Source: Reclinomonas americana ATCC 50394
Taxonomy: Eukaryota
Length of the DNA stretch: 46,401 bases
Assembly (NCBI GenBank): GCA_048213135.1
Contig: PS015054.1
Span: 85,090-131,490, forward strand
Direction: 5' to 3'
Shown here: positions 11,901 to 25,606 of the stretch, in pieces
Position numbering within the stretch: the first letter of the stretch is position 1
Layout: each line of letters opens with the position of its first letter
The notes under the pieces: model-generated
What the model was told of the DNA's origin: nothing
Seen by the model: the letters and a program-made list of their open reading frames with translations, nothing else
Databases searched by the model: none
Program-made: the position numbers and the translations under genes

Positions 11901-14694
11901 CAGCGTGCAGTCTGCCACCATCAGCAGCAGCAGCACCACCACCACCACAACTGCCATCACCACCACCACCACCACCGCTGCTGCCGCGGCGGTCTCTGAT
12001 GAAGACGTGCTCGGCGATTTTGAGGAGAACTTTAGCGAGTCCGCCAACAAGCGTACGCGGCTGGCTGTTGAGTCGGACAGTCAGCGCGCCATTATGCGGC
12101 AGCGCTATATTCGGTTGCAATCCGAGTTTGAGCGCGGCGTGCTCGACTTGTGTGATCACAAGCGACAGATGGCGGAGTTGAACTTTGGTCGCATGTCGCA
12201 GCGATATCGTGTCAAGGAACTGCGAGCGCGGCGTGCAGTGCTGGAGATGGAGCTGGACGCCGTGGAGGACATGTTAGAGGAGGAGAAAGATACCCGGCGA
12301 AGGGCCAAGGATACGCTGGCGGAAGTGCAATTGCGATATGCGGAGCAATCGGCGATTCTGAAGCAAGTTCGATCTGAACTCGGTGAGCACTCATCTCTTG
12401 TGATCATGATTTATATACCTTCTGTCTTATTGACGATTGTGCGACCAGAATCCATCCGTGCGTCACTGCTGACGTCGGCGGCTCCACCAGCACCCGCTGC
12501 GAATATTGCCGAGGAGAGTTGCGTTCCACTGTGTATTTCTCGCAAGCCTGAGAGATTCTCGGTCGTTGTAGTCATTTCCCTTGTGCACGCAGGCGCGGTG
12601 GTATCTGGTTTACAGGATGCCTCAGAAATGAGGGTGCGCTTGCTGCGAGAAAAGGCACAGCGTGAGCGATTTTTGCGTCAGCGAGAGCGCGAGCAGCAAC
12701 AGCAACAACTACAACAGCAAGGAGAACAACAACAACAACGGCAACAACAAGGTGCAGAGGAGCCAGCATCAGAGTTGCCAGTGGCGCAGCAAGTCGACGG
12801 GCCGCCGACCGAAGCTCCTCGAGCAGTGGCAGTGCCTGTCGAAGCCGAGCTGGAGTTAGAGGTCGCACAGACTGGTGCCGCTGCCACCGCTGCTTCCACT
12901 GCCTCCACTGCTGCTGCTGCTGCTGCTGCCGCTGCCGCTATTGCAGCTGGTCAGTCGAAGGGGGCGAGAAAGCGGCAGCGCAAACAGCAACGACTAAAGG
13001 ACGCTGCTGCGGCTGCTGCCGCTGCCTCTGCTGCCTCTGCTGCCTCTGCTGCCACTGCGACGACGGCTGGCGGCATGGAGGTGGATGCACAGGCGGCGCC
13101 GGTGGCAAGCACATTGACTGCCTCCGCACCGGCGCCTGACACCCCCATGACACCGGCATCGGATGATAGCACGTCAACGAAATCATCGCCACCAGCGCCG
13201 CCACTAGAGGCTCCCAGTCAGTCGACACAGACAAGTACCCTCCCGGCGATCCCTGCTACCATGGATGTTGACATACCGACACAAGCATCTACAGTGGAGG
13301 TGCTCTCCACCGCGGCTGCGCCACCAGTCAAGCGTGCCGAAGTAAGTGCTTTTCCATTGTGCGCAACGACCGATTTGTTTGCACAGCTCGCTGACACCGC
13401 AATCATGCAGCCGTTGGCGGTCCCGAAATCCGCTTCTCCGCTGCCGGCGGCCATCAAAGTGCCTCCGCCGCCCATTCCTCCTCCTCCTCCTCCTCCACCG
13501 CCACCACCACCACCACCACCAGCCCCGCCAGCTACTGCAGGTGCGCCTCCTCCTCCACCGTCGGCACCGGTGGTGAAGCCAATGGTGGTCGATCGGGTGC
13601 CTGTGCCGGCGAAGCAGCCGCTCTCCCGACTGGGTTCACGACTTGCGCAAAAACGAGAGCTACAGGAGCTGCGAGAAGAGTTGCAAAGACGCGCTGACGC
13701 GGCTGCAGTATTGCGACAGAAGCTGCAACGAGATACGACTAGTTGTGTTGTTGATTGCGTGTGCTTGCTGTTGCATCGCGATGTCTGGTGCTAACATTTT
13801 CCGACCGTCCGCAGCCGGCGAGCGTGTTGAGTCGTTCCTCAAATTCACGCCGAAGAAGAAGCAACTGCCCGTTGGTGCGGCAGGCAGTGCGGGTGCGGCA
13901 GCGGCGGCGGCGGCAGCAGCAGCAGCAGCCGCAGCAGGAGCGCCCGCGGACGCCACAGTGGCGTCTGTTGCTCCGTCCGTTAGCAGCGCCCTTTTGCAGG
14001 TGCCGAGTTCTGCTGGCGCCAGCGCCGCAGCAGGGTCCTCGTCGTCACCGTCACGCCCGATTGTTGCCCGCCCCGATACGCGTTCTACGCTGTCAGACAT
14101 TCGTCTGCGACTGTGGGCGCTGGAGCACTTCCGTCACCTGCACAAGAGCAGCAGTTCCGTTGTGCAGTGGGGATTGGATTGCAAGACTGCTGCTCACGTC
14201 GCGACACAGGTGCACCCAGTTCGCTGGACCCAGGTCGCCATTTCTTTGTCACCTGTGGATCGCTGGTGCTCCCGTTCGCCATGTGCAGCACTCGCTGGTC
14301 GCCTTTTGCGTCAGTCGCACGAATCATCTCTGCTGGTCAGGCTTTCCTGTGACATGGTGGAGTCGTGGCGTGGCACTCACTTGCTTCTCGTTCCGTTGGT
14401 GCAGTGCCGCCGGAGGTCGACGAGTCGGATGCTCGTGTGGTGGCGCGCACCCGCGACGCCCTCGTGGCACTCGCGTCACCACGTTCCACTGTCGGGCGAG
14501 GTTTCCGATTCGCCGACGATGCCGATGCGGGGACTGCGAGCGGTGTCACTGCGCACGACGACACGCCGTCACTCGTGCCTCTCAGCATGCGGCTCATGGC
14601 ACCGACGGCTGCTGAGATGTCTGCACAGTTGACAGCGGCTGCACGTTCGGTATGTTTGCGCTCCCTTGTCGTTGCTGCCACCTTCTCCTTCTCA

Positions 14695-14726
<32 letters not shown>

Positions 14727-17700
14727 GCAGGCCCCACCACCAGCGTACCCACATGAATCGATGTTGCGTGGTTTCCGGAGTTCTCGACTGTTTGGTGAGC
14801 GTTTGCAGAGTGTATTTGGCAAGCACGCTCTTTATCCTGATGGTCGTGTGCTGTGCGTGCTGCAGCCGATGTCATTGGCGATCCGTATGCCGCCTTTGCT
14901 CAAGCCTCGTACAAGATCGATCCGAAGAAACCACTGTGCTCTCGTGATCTGACAGACAAGTGCACCGACCCGTCATGCCAGTATCAGCATCTGAGTCAAC
15001 TCGTACCACCTCCTGGTGTGTCATGTGGTGATGTCCACTGCAATGTGTGATTCGAAAAGCTCCTCACAATTTGCCGGCAGAGTCCACGGCCACCTATGTG
15101 ATCGATGCGGCGGTGGCCGAGTACCTGGCGCAGCTGCCCGAGTCTCAGCAGCTCCTTGCGAAGCGTCTGTTCGAGTCGGAGTTGAAGGACAAGGTGACGT
15201 GCAGCGAAACGACGTGTGTTTGTTGTGCTGCTCGTCATGTGCTACTGCCGCCTGACATGTCACTGGTGGTGGTGGTGGTGGTGGTGGATGCAGAGTCCGG
15301 AGACCGTGTTGCGTGTTCTCGCTGCACACCTGCGTGAGCGTCTGCAGCTCGGCAAAGAGCACGCGATATCCGAGTGGTTGGCGCGATCGAACGAGCACAA
15401 CTCGGAAGCAAGGTTCACCCACCACCGTGATGAGAATATATTTGCGGGATAGCGAGTCTCATTTCTCTTGCATGTGGCATGTACGCAGTCGGAGCGCGCT
15501 GCAAGACGAATCTGCCGCGCCCCGTGTGCTGCATTTGATCGACCAGTTCATCACACAGCAGAAAGCCGTACTCTCGCAAGTGTATCGCACCCGCCCTGCG
15601 CTTGCAGTAGGCACTTCCGCGAGCACAGCCGCAGTCGGCCGCTACTGGAGTAGCGGCGACAGCAGTGGCCGCAGCGGCAGTGGCAGCTCTGCCGGCGACA
15701 GTCCGCCTGTGGATGTCGGGCCTGCCGATACAAGTCGTGCCGCTGGCTACGATGCGCGTCTGCGAGACACTCCCAACGACGTGCCTCTGTGGCTAGAGTA
15801 TGCACTCTCGGTAAGTTTGCTGATCGCTTGTTGTGTGTCATTTTTTCAGTGTGACTGACCCTTGCCTCCGGGGGGTAGATGTTGCCTCCGGCCGAGATTC
15901 TGCAGGAACCGCGTCAGTCGTCGTCAGTGAGTGCACGTCTGGATCGCACTCTTCATGTGCTGTCGCGTGCACTGGAGCGGAATCCCCGAGTTGCCGGCAT
16001 CTGGCACGTGTACATGCAGCTGTACTCGTATCGCGCGAGTCAGGCGCAGTTCACGGAGATGGCGACCACTGCCGTCAAGTACAATCCAAAGGATCCCGTG
16101 CTGCTGCTACGGTGTGTTGTGTCTACTCTTTTGAGTACTGGGTTCTGGTGCTGAGACTCACACGTCGTGTACGCCAACGCAGTTGCGCACTTGTTGGAGG
16201 AACGCTGGAGAGCCGGTGCACCCGGCTGGAATCCCTTTCGACGGAGTTGTTCCACAAGCTTGTCGCCAACCGCGATAGTTGCGGCGCATGCATGGTGGAA
16301 GAAAAGCATCGTGTCCATGGTTGTTGACTGTGCGGCGCAGCGCATCCGCTGGAGCGGTGTCGTCGATCCAAGGTGGCACTCTACCTGGTGCTTGCGCATG
16401 TGCGACTGCTCACCGACGCGTACCGTTTGGGAGACGCGGCTACCTACCTCAGCCGGCATGTGTTGGACCGCTCGGTTTGCATCATCCCATCTGTTCGTGG
16501 TGCAGAAACGTTGCGTGACCGTGGTGCATGTTCTGGTGCAGACACCTGCCAACAAGGTCTTGGTGGATGTCGATATCGCGAATCTTCGGTGCCTTCACGT
16601 CTACTTGCTAGCCGCCGAGCTGGAGCAGGCATCACTTCCGTTTTCTTCTGTGCAGGCGCTTTCGTCTCTCTTCCAGGGGCTGCACGAGCACACGCATCGA
16701 ATGGCCACAGTATTTGATTGTGCTGTCCGCATCGACTGGCGCAACATGTCCAAGACGGCGTGCGTGAATGCACTCGTTCGTCGCACGCTCGAGGAGAACA
16801 CCTTTCGGTGAGCCTGCCAAGTGGCATTCTCTTCCACTTGTGTGTGTCGCTTATGCGCTCGTGTGTGCAGTCTCCCGACCTCGGCAGTGTTGGCCGCCAA
16901 CTGGATTCAGTATGTTGCCGTCTTTGATGGTCACGAGGCCGCGTTGAAAGTCGCCGATCGCTTGATAGAGGCGGGCAGTAGCAGTGCGGCACTCATGCTT
17001 GCCATGCTGATGAGCGAGAACGGCGACGTTGACAGGGCGGTTCGACAACTCTCTTCGTGGCAGAGGAAGAATCCGAGCTCGGTTTGTTGGCCGCCGCTTA
17101 TTTGCAAGACAAAAAATGCGTTGTATGTTGCTCGTTCTCATGTTCGTGGTGGGCAGCTGGCGCTACCGTTCACTCTCGCTTGCTGTGTGCTACGACGAGG
17201 CAAGGACGAAGTTCCGCGGGCCCTTGAGGCGATTCAGCGCTGCGTGCCTCCTGATTTCAAGACCGCACGCGGAGAGTCGGTGGGTGCACACGCGCGCGTG
17301 TGTATGCCTTTGTGTAATCTCCAAGCCCTCATTTATCTTTGCGGTGCAATGACAGCCCGCCTCGGTTGCCATGGAACCGTGTTATGTCTTTCTCGAAAGC
17401 GTGTGGACCAACGGGAGTGGCGTCGCTGCTGCGCCGCAGCAGGCAGCGAGTGGTGGCAGTGCGGCTGCGGCTTCGGCGGCCAGCCCTCCGATTGCCGAGC
17501 ACATTGCCCTGGCCGGTCTCCTGGCAGCACTGTATGCGCTCTTGCGAGAGGACCAGGCGCTCGCGCATGACACGCTTCGCCGCCTCGTTCGCCACCCCAC
17601 ACTGGCCGACCCAGCCAATCAGGCTGCCGCGCAGCTGGTACTCTATGAGTTACGTCGTACCGCGGACACCGTGCGCGTCTGCCTCATCGTCGCCATCAGT

Positions 17701-18753
17701 GCGTGTAACACTGGCGGAGTAGGTATTCGCAGTTTTTGTTGGGCTCTGGTCGTGCAGATGCAATTGACGAACTCGGTGGCGTGCTCTGTGACGAGTCGCT
17801 GGCCGCCGTGGTGTCGCCATCGATCGAGCAGTGGACAGCCTATTCGTACTCGGCTGCCAGTCGACAGTGGGTGGTGGCTGACAGTTCGTTGCTGCTGCCG
17901 TGGCCTCGTCGCATCATTGCGGATATCACGGTTGCGGTTCGTGTGATACCCATGCCTGCGGTTGAGGAGAGATTACAAACGTGTGCTTGCCTTGTCGTGC
18001 AGGATTCGGTGCTGGTCGATGCCATCGGCTGCAGCCTGTCGCGCCTGAACACCACGGCGGCGCTGACGCTATTACGTCGACTGTCGAAGCGACCGCGTGT
18101 GTCACCCCTTCTCTTGTCTCAGTGCGTCGTCTGCCTGCCGTTTCTTGTTGTTTTTGTTGTCTGTTGGTATCGTTGCCTCCTTGCTAAGTTATTTGCTGCT
18201 GCGGCGTCTGCCTTCGTTGCTGTCGCTTTGTCAGTGTTACTGCCCGCTTGTGCGACGTGAGTCAAGTCTCCAAGGCCGTGTCGGTGCTCATCGGTGCCTC
18301 GGAGCGTCTCAGTTCGGAGCACTTGCCGTTGGTGGCGTACTGGTTCGACCCCGTTTGGTTTCACCAGGTGCAGTGAAGCGAGTGTGTCCACGCTAATTTT
18401 GTGCGTCGTAGGCTGGCTATGCTGGTGCCGTTCGTGGGTGAATCAGCCACTGAGTACGTGCCGCGTATCCTGTCGGTCTCGGAACCTTTGTCCACCTCGA
18501 TGCATCGCGCGCTCTCGTGCATACTTGTGCGTTTGTGTGCATGTGTGTGTGCACGCACCCTCGGCACGTCGAGTGTGACTCTCGTTGTTGTGATGCGTGT
18601 GTGCAGGAAATCGAGAGCAATGTGGCGGCTGGGCGGGGTGCGGAGGCTGATGCAGCGCTCCAGCGCACGCAGCAACTCGGCTTCGAGGCAGCCCCTGGCC
18701 TAACGGCTTTGCGGTCGCAGGCTGCTGCGTTGTTGGCGCGCTCGGCACGCTAA
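8990..18753 (+). CDS. ZFC3H1: ZFC3H1/Red1-like nuclear exosome adaptor: long disordered N-terminus, coiled coil, zf-C3H1 finger and HAT/TPR repeats
   Basis: FRSSRL...YKIDPKKPLCSRDLTDKCTDPSCQYQH zinc finger (about 14770-14995), followed by HAT-like repeats (PNDVPLWLEYA, LSRALERNPRVAGIWHVYMQLY); many GT-AG introns; stop TAA 18751-18753. Confidence 0.8.
9830..10600 (+). repeat. Imperfect coding tandem repeat (units about 110-180 nt) encoding SSSTK(P/S)ASAPAAA(T/S)KPAPSxSxASSTKPASSSSA
   Basis: TCAACGAARYCAGCATCAGCACCGGC-like unit starts recur near 9905, 10052, 10196, 10307 and 10484. Confidence 0.85.
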
Positions 18754-19224
18754 GTCTGGGATTGTGTATGTTGTTGTGTTTATGTGTTTGTTATGTATGT
18801 GTGTGTGTATTTGTTGTCTGTGTATGCGTGTGTATGTATGTGTGTGTTGTGTTCGGCGGCATGGCGAGCTGGCTGTTGCGAGTGTCTCTCTGCTGTGCTT
18901 CGCGGCTTGGAAAAGTCGAGTTGCACCATCGGAAGTGACCCACACAATGTCAGCTGCGCAGATGCGTGTGCGTATGTGGTGGTGGTGGTGGTGGTGGTGG
19001 CGGTGGTGGTGGACGGTGACAGGCATGCAGGCTTTCCACACCAATGACGGAGTCGTAGGGAGGGACGCCTGGAGACAGTCAAGTCTGCTCTTCGCCTCTC
19101 TCTCTCTCTCGACGCACGCTTCCTGTGTTTTCGCTCTTTCCCCCCCAATCCCCGCCGTGTCGCGGTGGGAGGACGCACATGCCAGTCACCACGGCCTTCA
19201 GCCCTGTTGACTGTCTGGCTGTGC

Positions 19225-19230
19225 AATAAA
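19225..19230 (+). promoter_or_regulatory. Candidate AATAAA polyadenylation signal for the ZFC3H1-like gene
   Basis: AATAAA in the convergent spacer just before the PEX19-like stop. Confidence 0.3.
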
Positions 19231-19259
19231 AAGTGGAGGAGAGTGCTGACAGATATGCT

Positions 19260-19864
19260 TCAATCGTCTCCTCCGTCCTCTTGTTGGAAGCGCAACTGGG
19301 CCCGGTAGATCACCTCGGGAGGTGGAGCGCCAAACTGCTGATCCATGGCCTCCATCTTGTTGGCAATCTGCGGCCAGTCGTGCGACTCCTGCAACATCAT
19401 GCGCACCACCTCTCCCATGGCCTCCGCCAATCCTCGCAGTCGCGCATTCTCACTCGCCGGCAACCGAGCAGAATTCGCTTCCAGGTACTCCACCAGCTGC
19501 GCACCGTGTCAGACACGCCGACAGAGGCACACCACACAGGGGCACACGCACGCACCAGTTGGTGCATGAACTGCACGGGCAGAATGGTGTGCTGCAATGC
19601 ACTGGCCAACATGGAGTCCTCCACACGAGAGCGCGACGGCACGGCACCCGAGTCCGCTGCGGCCGCAGACGCCGCCTGTGCACGCTCACCAGCGCTCATC
19701 GTCTCTGGCGCCTCTCGCCGTCTCCGCTCTGCCGCTGTCTCCTCCGCCGCAAACACCTCCGACACAATCGCCGCCTCCATCATCTCCTCCTCCGTGGCCG
19801 GCTCACCCTCCTCATCGTCGTCGTCCACCTCTTCCACCGGCACTCGCGTTCTTCTCGCCTCCAT
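19260..19864 (-). CDS. PEX19 C-terminal-domain-like protein (2 exons)
   Basis: Acidic N-terminus, then ILPVQFMHQL|LVEYLEANSARL...ENARL...IANKMEAMDQQFGAPPPEV, resembling the Pex19 helical domain ending in GxPPxE. Confidence 0.6.
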
Positions 19865-19949
19865 CAAAAGCACAGGATCAATCACCGACGCCCTGTCCTG
19901 CGCTTCTGTTAGCTTCGTTCTGTTGTTGTCGCGAGCGCTCACTCCACTC

Positions 19950-22900
19950 ATGAGCGATTATTCGCTTCTGCGTTGCAACGATGTGCCATCGCTTCCGACG
20001 GGAGAGTGGGAGGCTGTGCTGGCCGAGGGTTCCAGTGCACATCGCTTTCTGCACGCGTGTGCATCGACGGCGCCCGCGGTCGGTCAACAGCACTGTGCCG
20101 TCGCATGTGGCTCGACCGTGGTCGTACGCAACGTCAAGGACGGGAGTCGCGTGCTTCTCTCTGTTTCGTTTTATCTTCTTCTTTTGCTGCTGCTTTTGCT
20201 GTTGTTGCGTCGACGCCGACGATGGATGTGCAGAACCACCAGCAGGTGATCACGTGTGTGCGCTTCTCGGTGCACGATCGTGGCTCGCACCTGTTCGCAG
20301 CTGGTTTGTGTGTGTGCGGTAGCTCGTTGAGTGTCTGGCGGGAGGCACTGTGAGTTTCACATTGTGTGCCCTCGCCTATCACAGAGAGTGGATTGCATCC
20401 GACGGTCACCATGTGGCACTTGCCGACGGGCCGAACGCGTCTGCGACTGCAGCGAGCGACAGCGTTGCGTCTCCGAGTGTCATCGCTGCCACGAAGCGAT
20501 TCATCGCTCTCACTGGTGGATGCACGGCGTGCAGCACCGATGGTCGCACGCAGACGACGATTTCGTGCATCGATGTGACCGCGCGACACGTGATGTTTGT
20601 CGAGGGCAACTCGTGTCGCGGACGGCTTTGTGTGTTTGAGATTCTTGAGGACGACATGCTTCGGTGTGATGTGTCGTACGGGTGTCGTGCGATCCCCAGC
20701 TCTCAGAAGACTGATCGTTTTGCGAGCAGATTTTGCGACGAGGCGCACCTCAACAACGAGACTCCCTGTGTCACCGTCCATGTGTTTCCGCACACCACTG
20801 GTTTGCAATCACGCTCTTCCTTTCTCTCTCTCTCTCATTCTCTCGTTCACGTGATCAATCGCAGAGTGCGTCACTGTCGAGGCCGACATGTTAAAGTTCT
20901 GGCGTTTCTCCGACAGCAAGGTCAGCACGTGCACACATGCACACACTCGCGCGTTCTCTTATCACACGAGCCTGACATGCGAGCGGGACCACCAGGGCCT
21001 GATGGCGCTGAGTCGAGTGGCAGTGCGACAATTACGCGCTGCAGAGATTGTCGATTCGTGTGTGGTCGCCGCGCTTGGCATATGTCTGGTGCTGTGTGAT
21101 CAGAGGAGAGTGCTTGCCTTGAACGTAGAGGGGGTGTGTTTATTTGCCGTCGACCAGCGTACATCAACGGTACGTGTTCACATTCCGCCTTGGTTGATAC
21201 TTCGTTGTGTTGACGCGCTGGCAGCTGTCGTGGTCGGGCATGTGTGCTTGGGGCGACTCGCGGGTCGGTATCGCGGACTCTGCGGGAAACATTCACATCT
21301 ATGATGCCGAGCTTACGCAACGGCTGGCCTGTGTTCCAGTTGTGTGACACTCACACATGTACTTACATACGCGTTCTCCTCGTAAACGCAAACTGATGTG
21401 CGCATGTTCTGTAGTTTCCGCGCTTCATGTTTGAGGGAGCGATGGCCGACGGCGCCGCACTCAGCAGTGAGATGTCTTCGTTGCGTGGCACTACTGCGCT
21501 GAGTGTTTCTTCCCATCGTTGCATTACAGTAGCTCATCCAGCTGCTGTAGTGCGCCACTCAGTCTTCCCATTGTTTCCTTGACGGCTGGTGATCACGGCG
21601 TCGGTGAGTGCCTGCTTTGGAGAATGCTGCAGACGCTGGGGTGGTGCTCACTGCGTGTTTCGCAGCGTGTGTGACGTTCAACGATGGCACGCTGATGGTC
21701 GTGGACACGGACACGCACCAGGGTGCGTGTTTCTGAAACTGTGATTGGTAACGAGTTCGTGCGCGCTAACAAGCTTCGCACACACACACATGCACACACA
21801 CAGTCATCGACTGCGTATTCGGCATGTCTCGCAGTGTCAGTGGAGCAATGGTGGCCGCCTCGCCATCTCAGCAGCACGTACTGGCCGTCTCGTGCCGAGT
21901 GTGCGTCTGAGTCGGTCGCCACTGTCGCGTGCATGTCACTGATGCCAACTGCGTGCAGAGACAACATTGTTCGCTTTTTTCGGCCGCTGGTGGAGGTCAC
22001 TGCAAGCGCTCGATGTCACATTCAGCTGCTGGCCATTCAATGTGGTGACATGCCGTGAGTCTGTGAGAGGGGGGGGGAGGGGGAGAAGTTCGTCGAGCCT
22101 CTTCGCCAGTGACTCACTCGCCCATGTGCCTGCTGCAGTTCCGACGCTGGTGTTGCTGCCATGCAGGTACCTTCGTAGGCGCTTGAGTGGCGCACATCAG
22201 CGTACGTGACTGATACCCGTGAACAGTTTCATCCGTCGGCCGACATCCTGTTTGTGGTGGATACGTACGATGTGCTGCGGATGGTCAGCGTACCGTCGGG
22301 AATCGGCAAGGCGGTAGAGGCGGTTCCTCGCGGCTGTCGCGGACTTGCAGTGTCGCCTTCCGGCCGTCTCGTGGCCACACTCTCCGATGACTTTGTGCTG
22401 CGAGTGTGGGAGTTCTCGCGTGGCACCGGCATGAACAAGGTATGTGCATGCATGATGTTTTGTTTCCATTCGTGCCAACATATTTACAATGATGTGTACT
22501 TGTAGATTTGTCAAACAAGCGAGGACGAAGAGCACGCCACTGCTCCGCCGCCTACGTCGGCCGCGGCGGCTGGTGGCTCCGGTCAGGCGCGCGAGTGCAT
22601 TGCCTTTCTCGAATCGCGCACAGCACCGTTTGGGTATGTCCCCACAAAGTATCCCTCTCCCTCTCTCTCTGCTAACGCAAATCATTCATGTGCACTTCTG
22701 CAACACAGGCAGACGGTGGTGGTGTACCAGAGCAGCACTCGCATGTTGACCATGTTGAGCTGTGCGGCCGAACAAGAGGTGTGTCGTTGTGCGCCGTCAG
22801 GCAGCCAGCCGCAGCTGTGTCTCACTGTTGTTGTCGGTGGTGGTGGTGGTGGTTGTAGGCTGCTGCGTTGGGTCGCGTCACCTTGCCAGACGTGATCACC

Positions 22901-25563
22901 GATGTCGTATTGCATGCGTCTGCTTCGTACCTAGTGTGCTGTACGCAGTCAAGGTACCAGTATGTGTGTGCGCGTGTGTGAGTTCCTCGCGAGTGTATCT
23001 AACCACTCTTTGTTCACATCACACAGTGTCGTATATGTAGTGTCGCTGGCCACCTTTGGTGTGTGCGCCCGCGTCGACGTATTGGAGGCGATCAGCAGGT
23101 TGCAGACACCGTCACTCTGGGACCCTGTGCGTTGCATCTATGGATACTCTGGCCTGCAGTCGTACGTGGACGAGTCGGCGTATTCCACATGCGCCACTCT
23201 CATGTGCCTCGACCCGTCGGGCCTGTACGCGTTTGTTGCGTGCCGGCGACGCGATGCCAAGGTGTGAGAGGGGAGCATGGCATGTATCTGTTGGGTGGCA
23301 TTGCGCTGTTGGCTTCTCACTCCGCCGGCCTGGCAGAACCCGACATTCGTGGCGTGCGTTGAAGTTGGCACGGGTCGAGTGCATGCGACGCAAGTTCTCG
23401 GCCCCCTCGTGGGTCTCACGTCTTTGCTGGTGACACAATTACCCGGCGGTGGCGATCTCTGTCTGTGTGCGGTGTCGGCTGACGGCTGCGCACTGTACTG
23501 GCGACTGCCGGATGACATGAGTGCAAGTTGCGAGGGAGCGTGAGTGGACATTTTTTTCGTTGCAAGCAGTTAGTTGACCGGCTACGCGGCACAGACATTT
23601 GGACCATGCTCACGCGAGTGCAAGAGGACGAACGCGTGTGGATGCACTACTCGATTTCGTACGGCTTGGAGGAAGACGAGTTGCCACAGCGCGTCCCTGA
23701 CTCTGCAGCAGCGACGTTGCGTGCGATCTGCCTGCGCGTTATGTGATTTTTGCTTTCACTCACCTCTGTCATAAGCAGGCGTGATGCTCCGTTGTCTCCA
23801 ACAAGTCCGGGTGCTCGAGTGCCACCCCTGCGGAAACTGCCTAGGTGCGCGTCCCCTCTCCACTTTTATTGTGAGGTGGTGTGCTGATTTGTCGATCGCA
23901 GTGCACTGGCCGGCGAGCCCCCACCACTGCTGGTGCCGGAGCCATTCGACAAGATACCGATGCGAGTGGCCGACTTGCACACGCCGGCACCGGCACGACC
24001 GCTGGCGCGCCAATCCCGCGATCAGGCCACGTCGACAACCACCAACCTGCCGGCTCCACCGGTCAACGTTGCTCGGTCTGCCGAATGGGCTCGCGGTCCT
24101 TCTCACGAGCAACAATACGATCGACCGAACACTGCACCAGCGGCTCCTGCTCCTCCTCGTGCCCGATCCCACGGTAGTGTTGCTGCTGAGAGAGGCACAC
24201 TCGCTGGCGTTGGTGTAGCTCACCGCTGTTGTTCCTGCAGACGTACGGCAACCGCTTACCATGCCACTGCCGCGTGCACAGGAGGGTAGGTACGCGATTG
24301 GCGATGAGCGGCCAACTCTCCCCATCACTGTCGAGGAATTGTACAGCACACCTCGCGCTGGTGACATGGAGGTCTGTGGTGAAAGCTTGCTGTGCTTGTT
24401 TTTCGGCTCGGTATTGAGGCCTCTCTGTGTGTTGGCAGGCACCAATGCTGCCACCAGCAGGGACTGGTAACACGGATCCGCTGCTGGAGGGCACGTTTGT
24501 ACTCGAATGTGATGAATATGTACCAAAAAAGTGAGTTCATCGCCGCCCATTGTTTCGCCCCCCATGCATGACCGTCTGTGTGCAGATCTCCCGCTGTGCC
24601 GACTCTCGGTCCGTCTAGTGCCTTCAAAGCATCACCGCCGCATTCCACCTCTGCTGCTCCGGTCGTGCCTCCTCCTGCCCCAGCAGTGTCGTGGAGTGCG
24701 CGGGGTCCGGCCAACCTACACAGCCACGTGCCGCAGACGCGCGATCAAAGGCGGACGCAGGCAACCGCTGCGGCGCCCACGGAAGTGCGCACGGTATTTG
24801 CGTGGCCGGCATCGCACGCTGGTGGTCGAGGTGGCGCAGCTGGGGAAGCAGCAGCAGCTTCGTCGGCGTCCGAAGGCCCGCCCGCCGATCATTTAAGTCT
24901 GCGCCCGGTGCAGTGGATCCCGGAGCGCTTCGCCAAAGCAGCAGCACCTCTTCCGCTTGCCGCGCAGCGGCCTGGCGCCCCACCAGTACCAAGTCGCGTC
25001 GCAGCCTCCACAACATCGCCGCTCTTTGCCGGCGACATGGATCACATCGGCAGTGGAGTTCCGTCGGAGGCGATACCAGAACGACAACTGGTGACCAGTG
25101 AGTTGGCCGCCTTTGAGGATCGGTTACGAAAGCTGGGGCACGGTGAGCGAAGCACCACCGCTAGCGTGTGCTCCATCGTTTCGCTTTGCTGAGAAAACCC
25201 CACGCGCATGCAGCTCTGGACGACTCCAGTGACGAAGAGGACGCCGACGGATCGCGTCCCCGACGCCGCCCGCAGGCCGAAGCCATGACCGTGGCCACAG
25301 CGCTTGTCGATGAGGTTGCGTCTGCTCCACGAGCGAGAAGCGAATCGCACGCCTGCTGTTGTTTTCTCATCGCTATATACACACAGCTTGTCACCTCCGC
25401 GATACCGGCTTTGCAGGCCGATGCGAATTCGCCACCGGCAGCAAAAGAAAGTGGAGGAGAAGGAGAGGCAGGAGGAGCAGATGCTGTGGACGCCGTCGCG
25501 GAAGAAGAGGAAATAGGAGAAGGAGAGGAAAAAGGCGACGAAGAAGAAGAACCGGCCGAATGA
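19950..25563 (+). CDS. WDR62/MAPKBP1-like WD40-repeat protein with a disordered Pro-rich/acidic C-terminus
   Basis: Spliced WD motifs VITCVRFS, HVKFWRF, LAVSPSGRLVATLSDDFVLRVW, LDPSGLYAFVAC and AVSADGCALYWRLP, characteristic of this family; stop TGA 25561-25563. Confidence 0.7.
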
Positions 25564-25606
25564 AATTTCCTGTTTCGTCAATCGCTGTTCTTGTGAAGAG
25601 CGGGGG

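Noticed and set aside
14819-14865. Possible GC donor (G|GCAAGC) before the zinc finger
   Set aside because: An in-phase GTGAGC donor at 14794 gives a typical intron length and better motif spacing
18754-19259. Possible small gene or element in the TG/GGT-rich convergent spacer
   Set aside because: Splice-like motifs exist but give no coherent ORF; most simply 3' UTR with microsatellites
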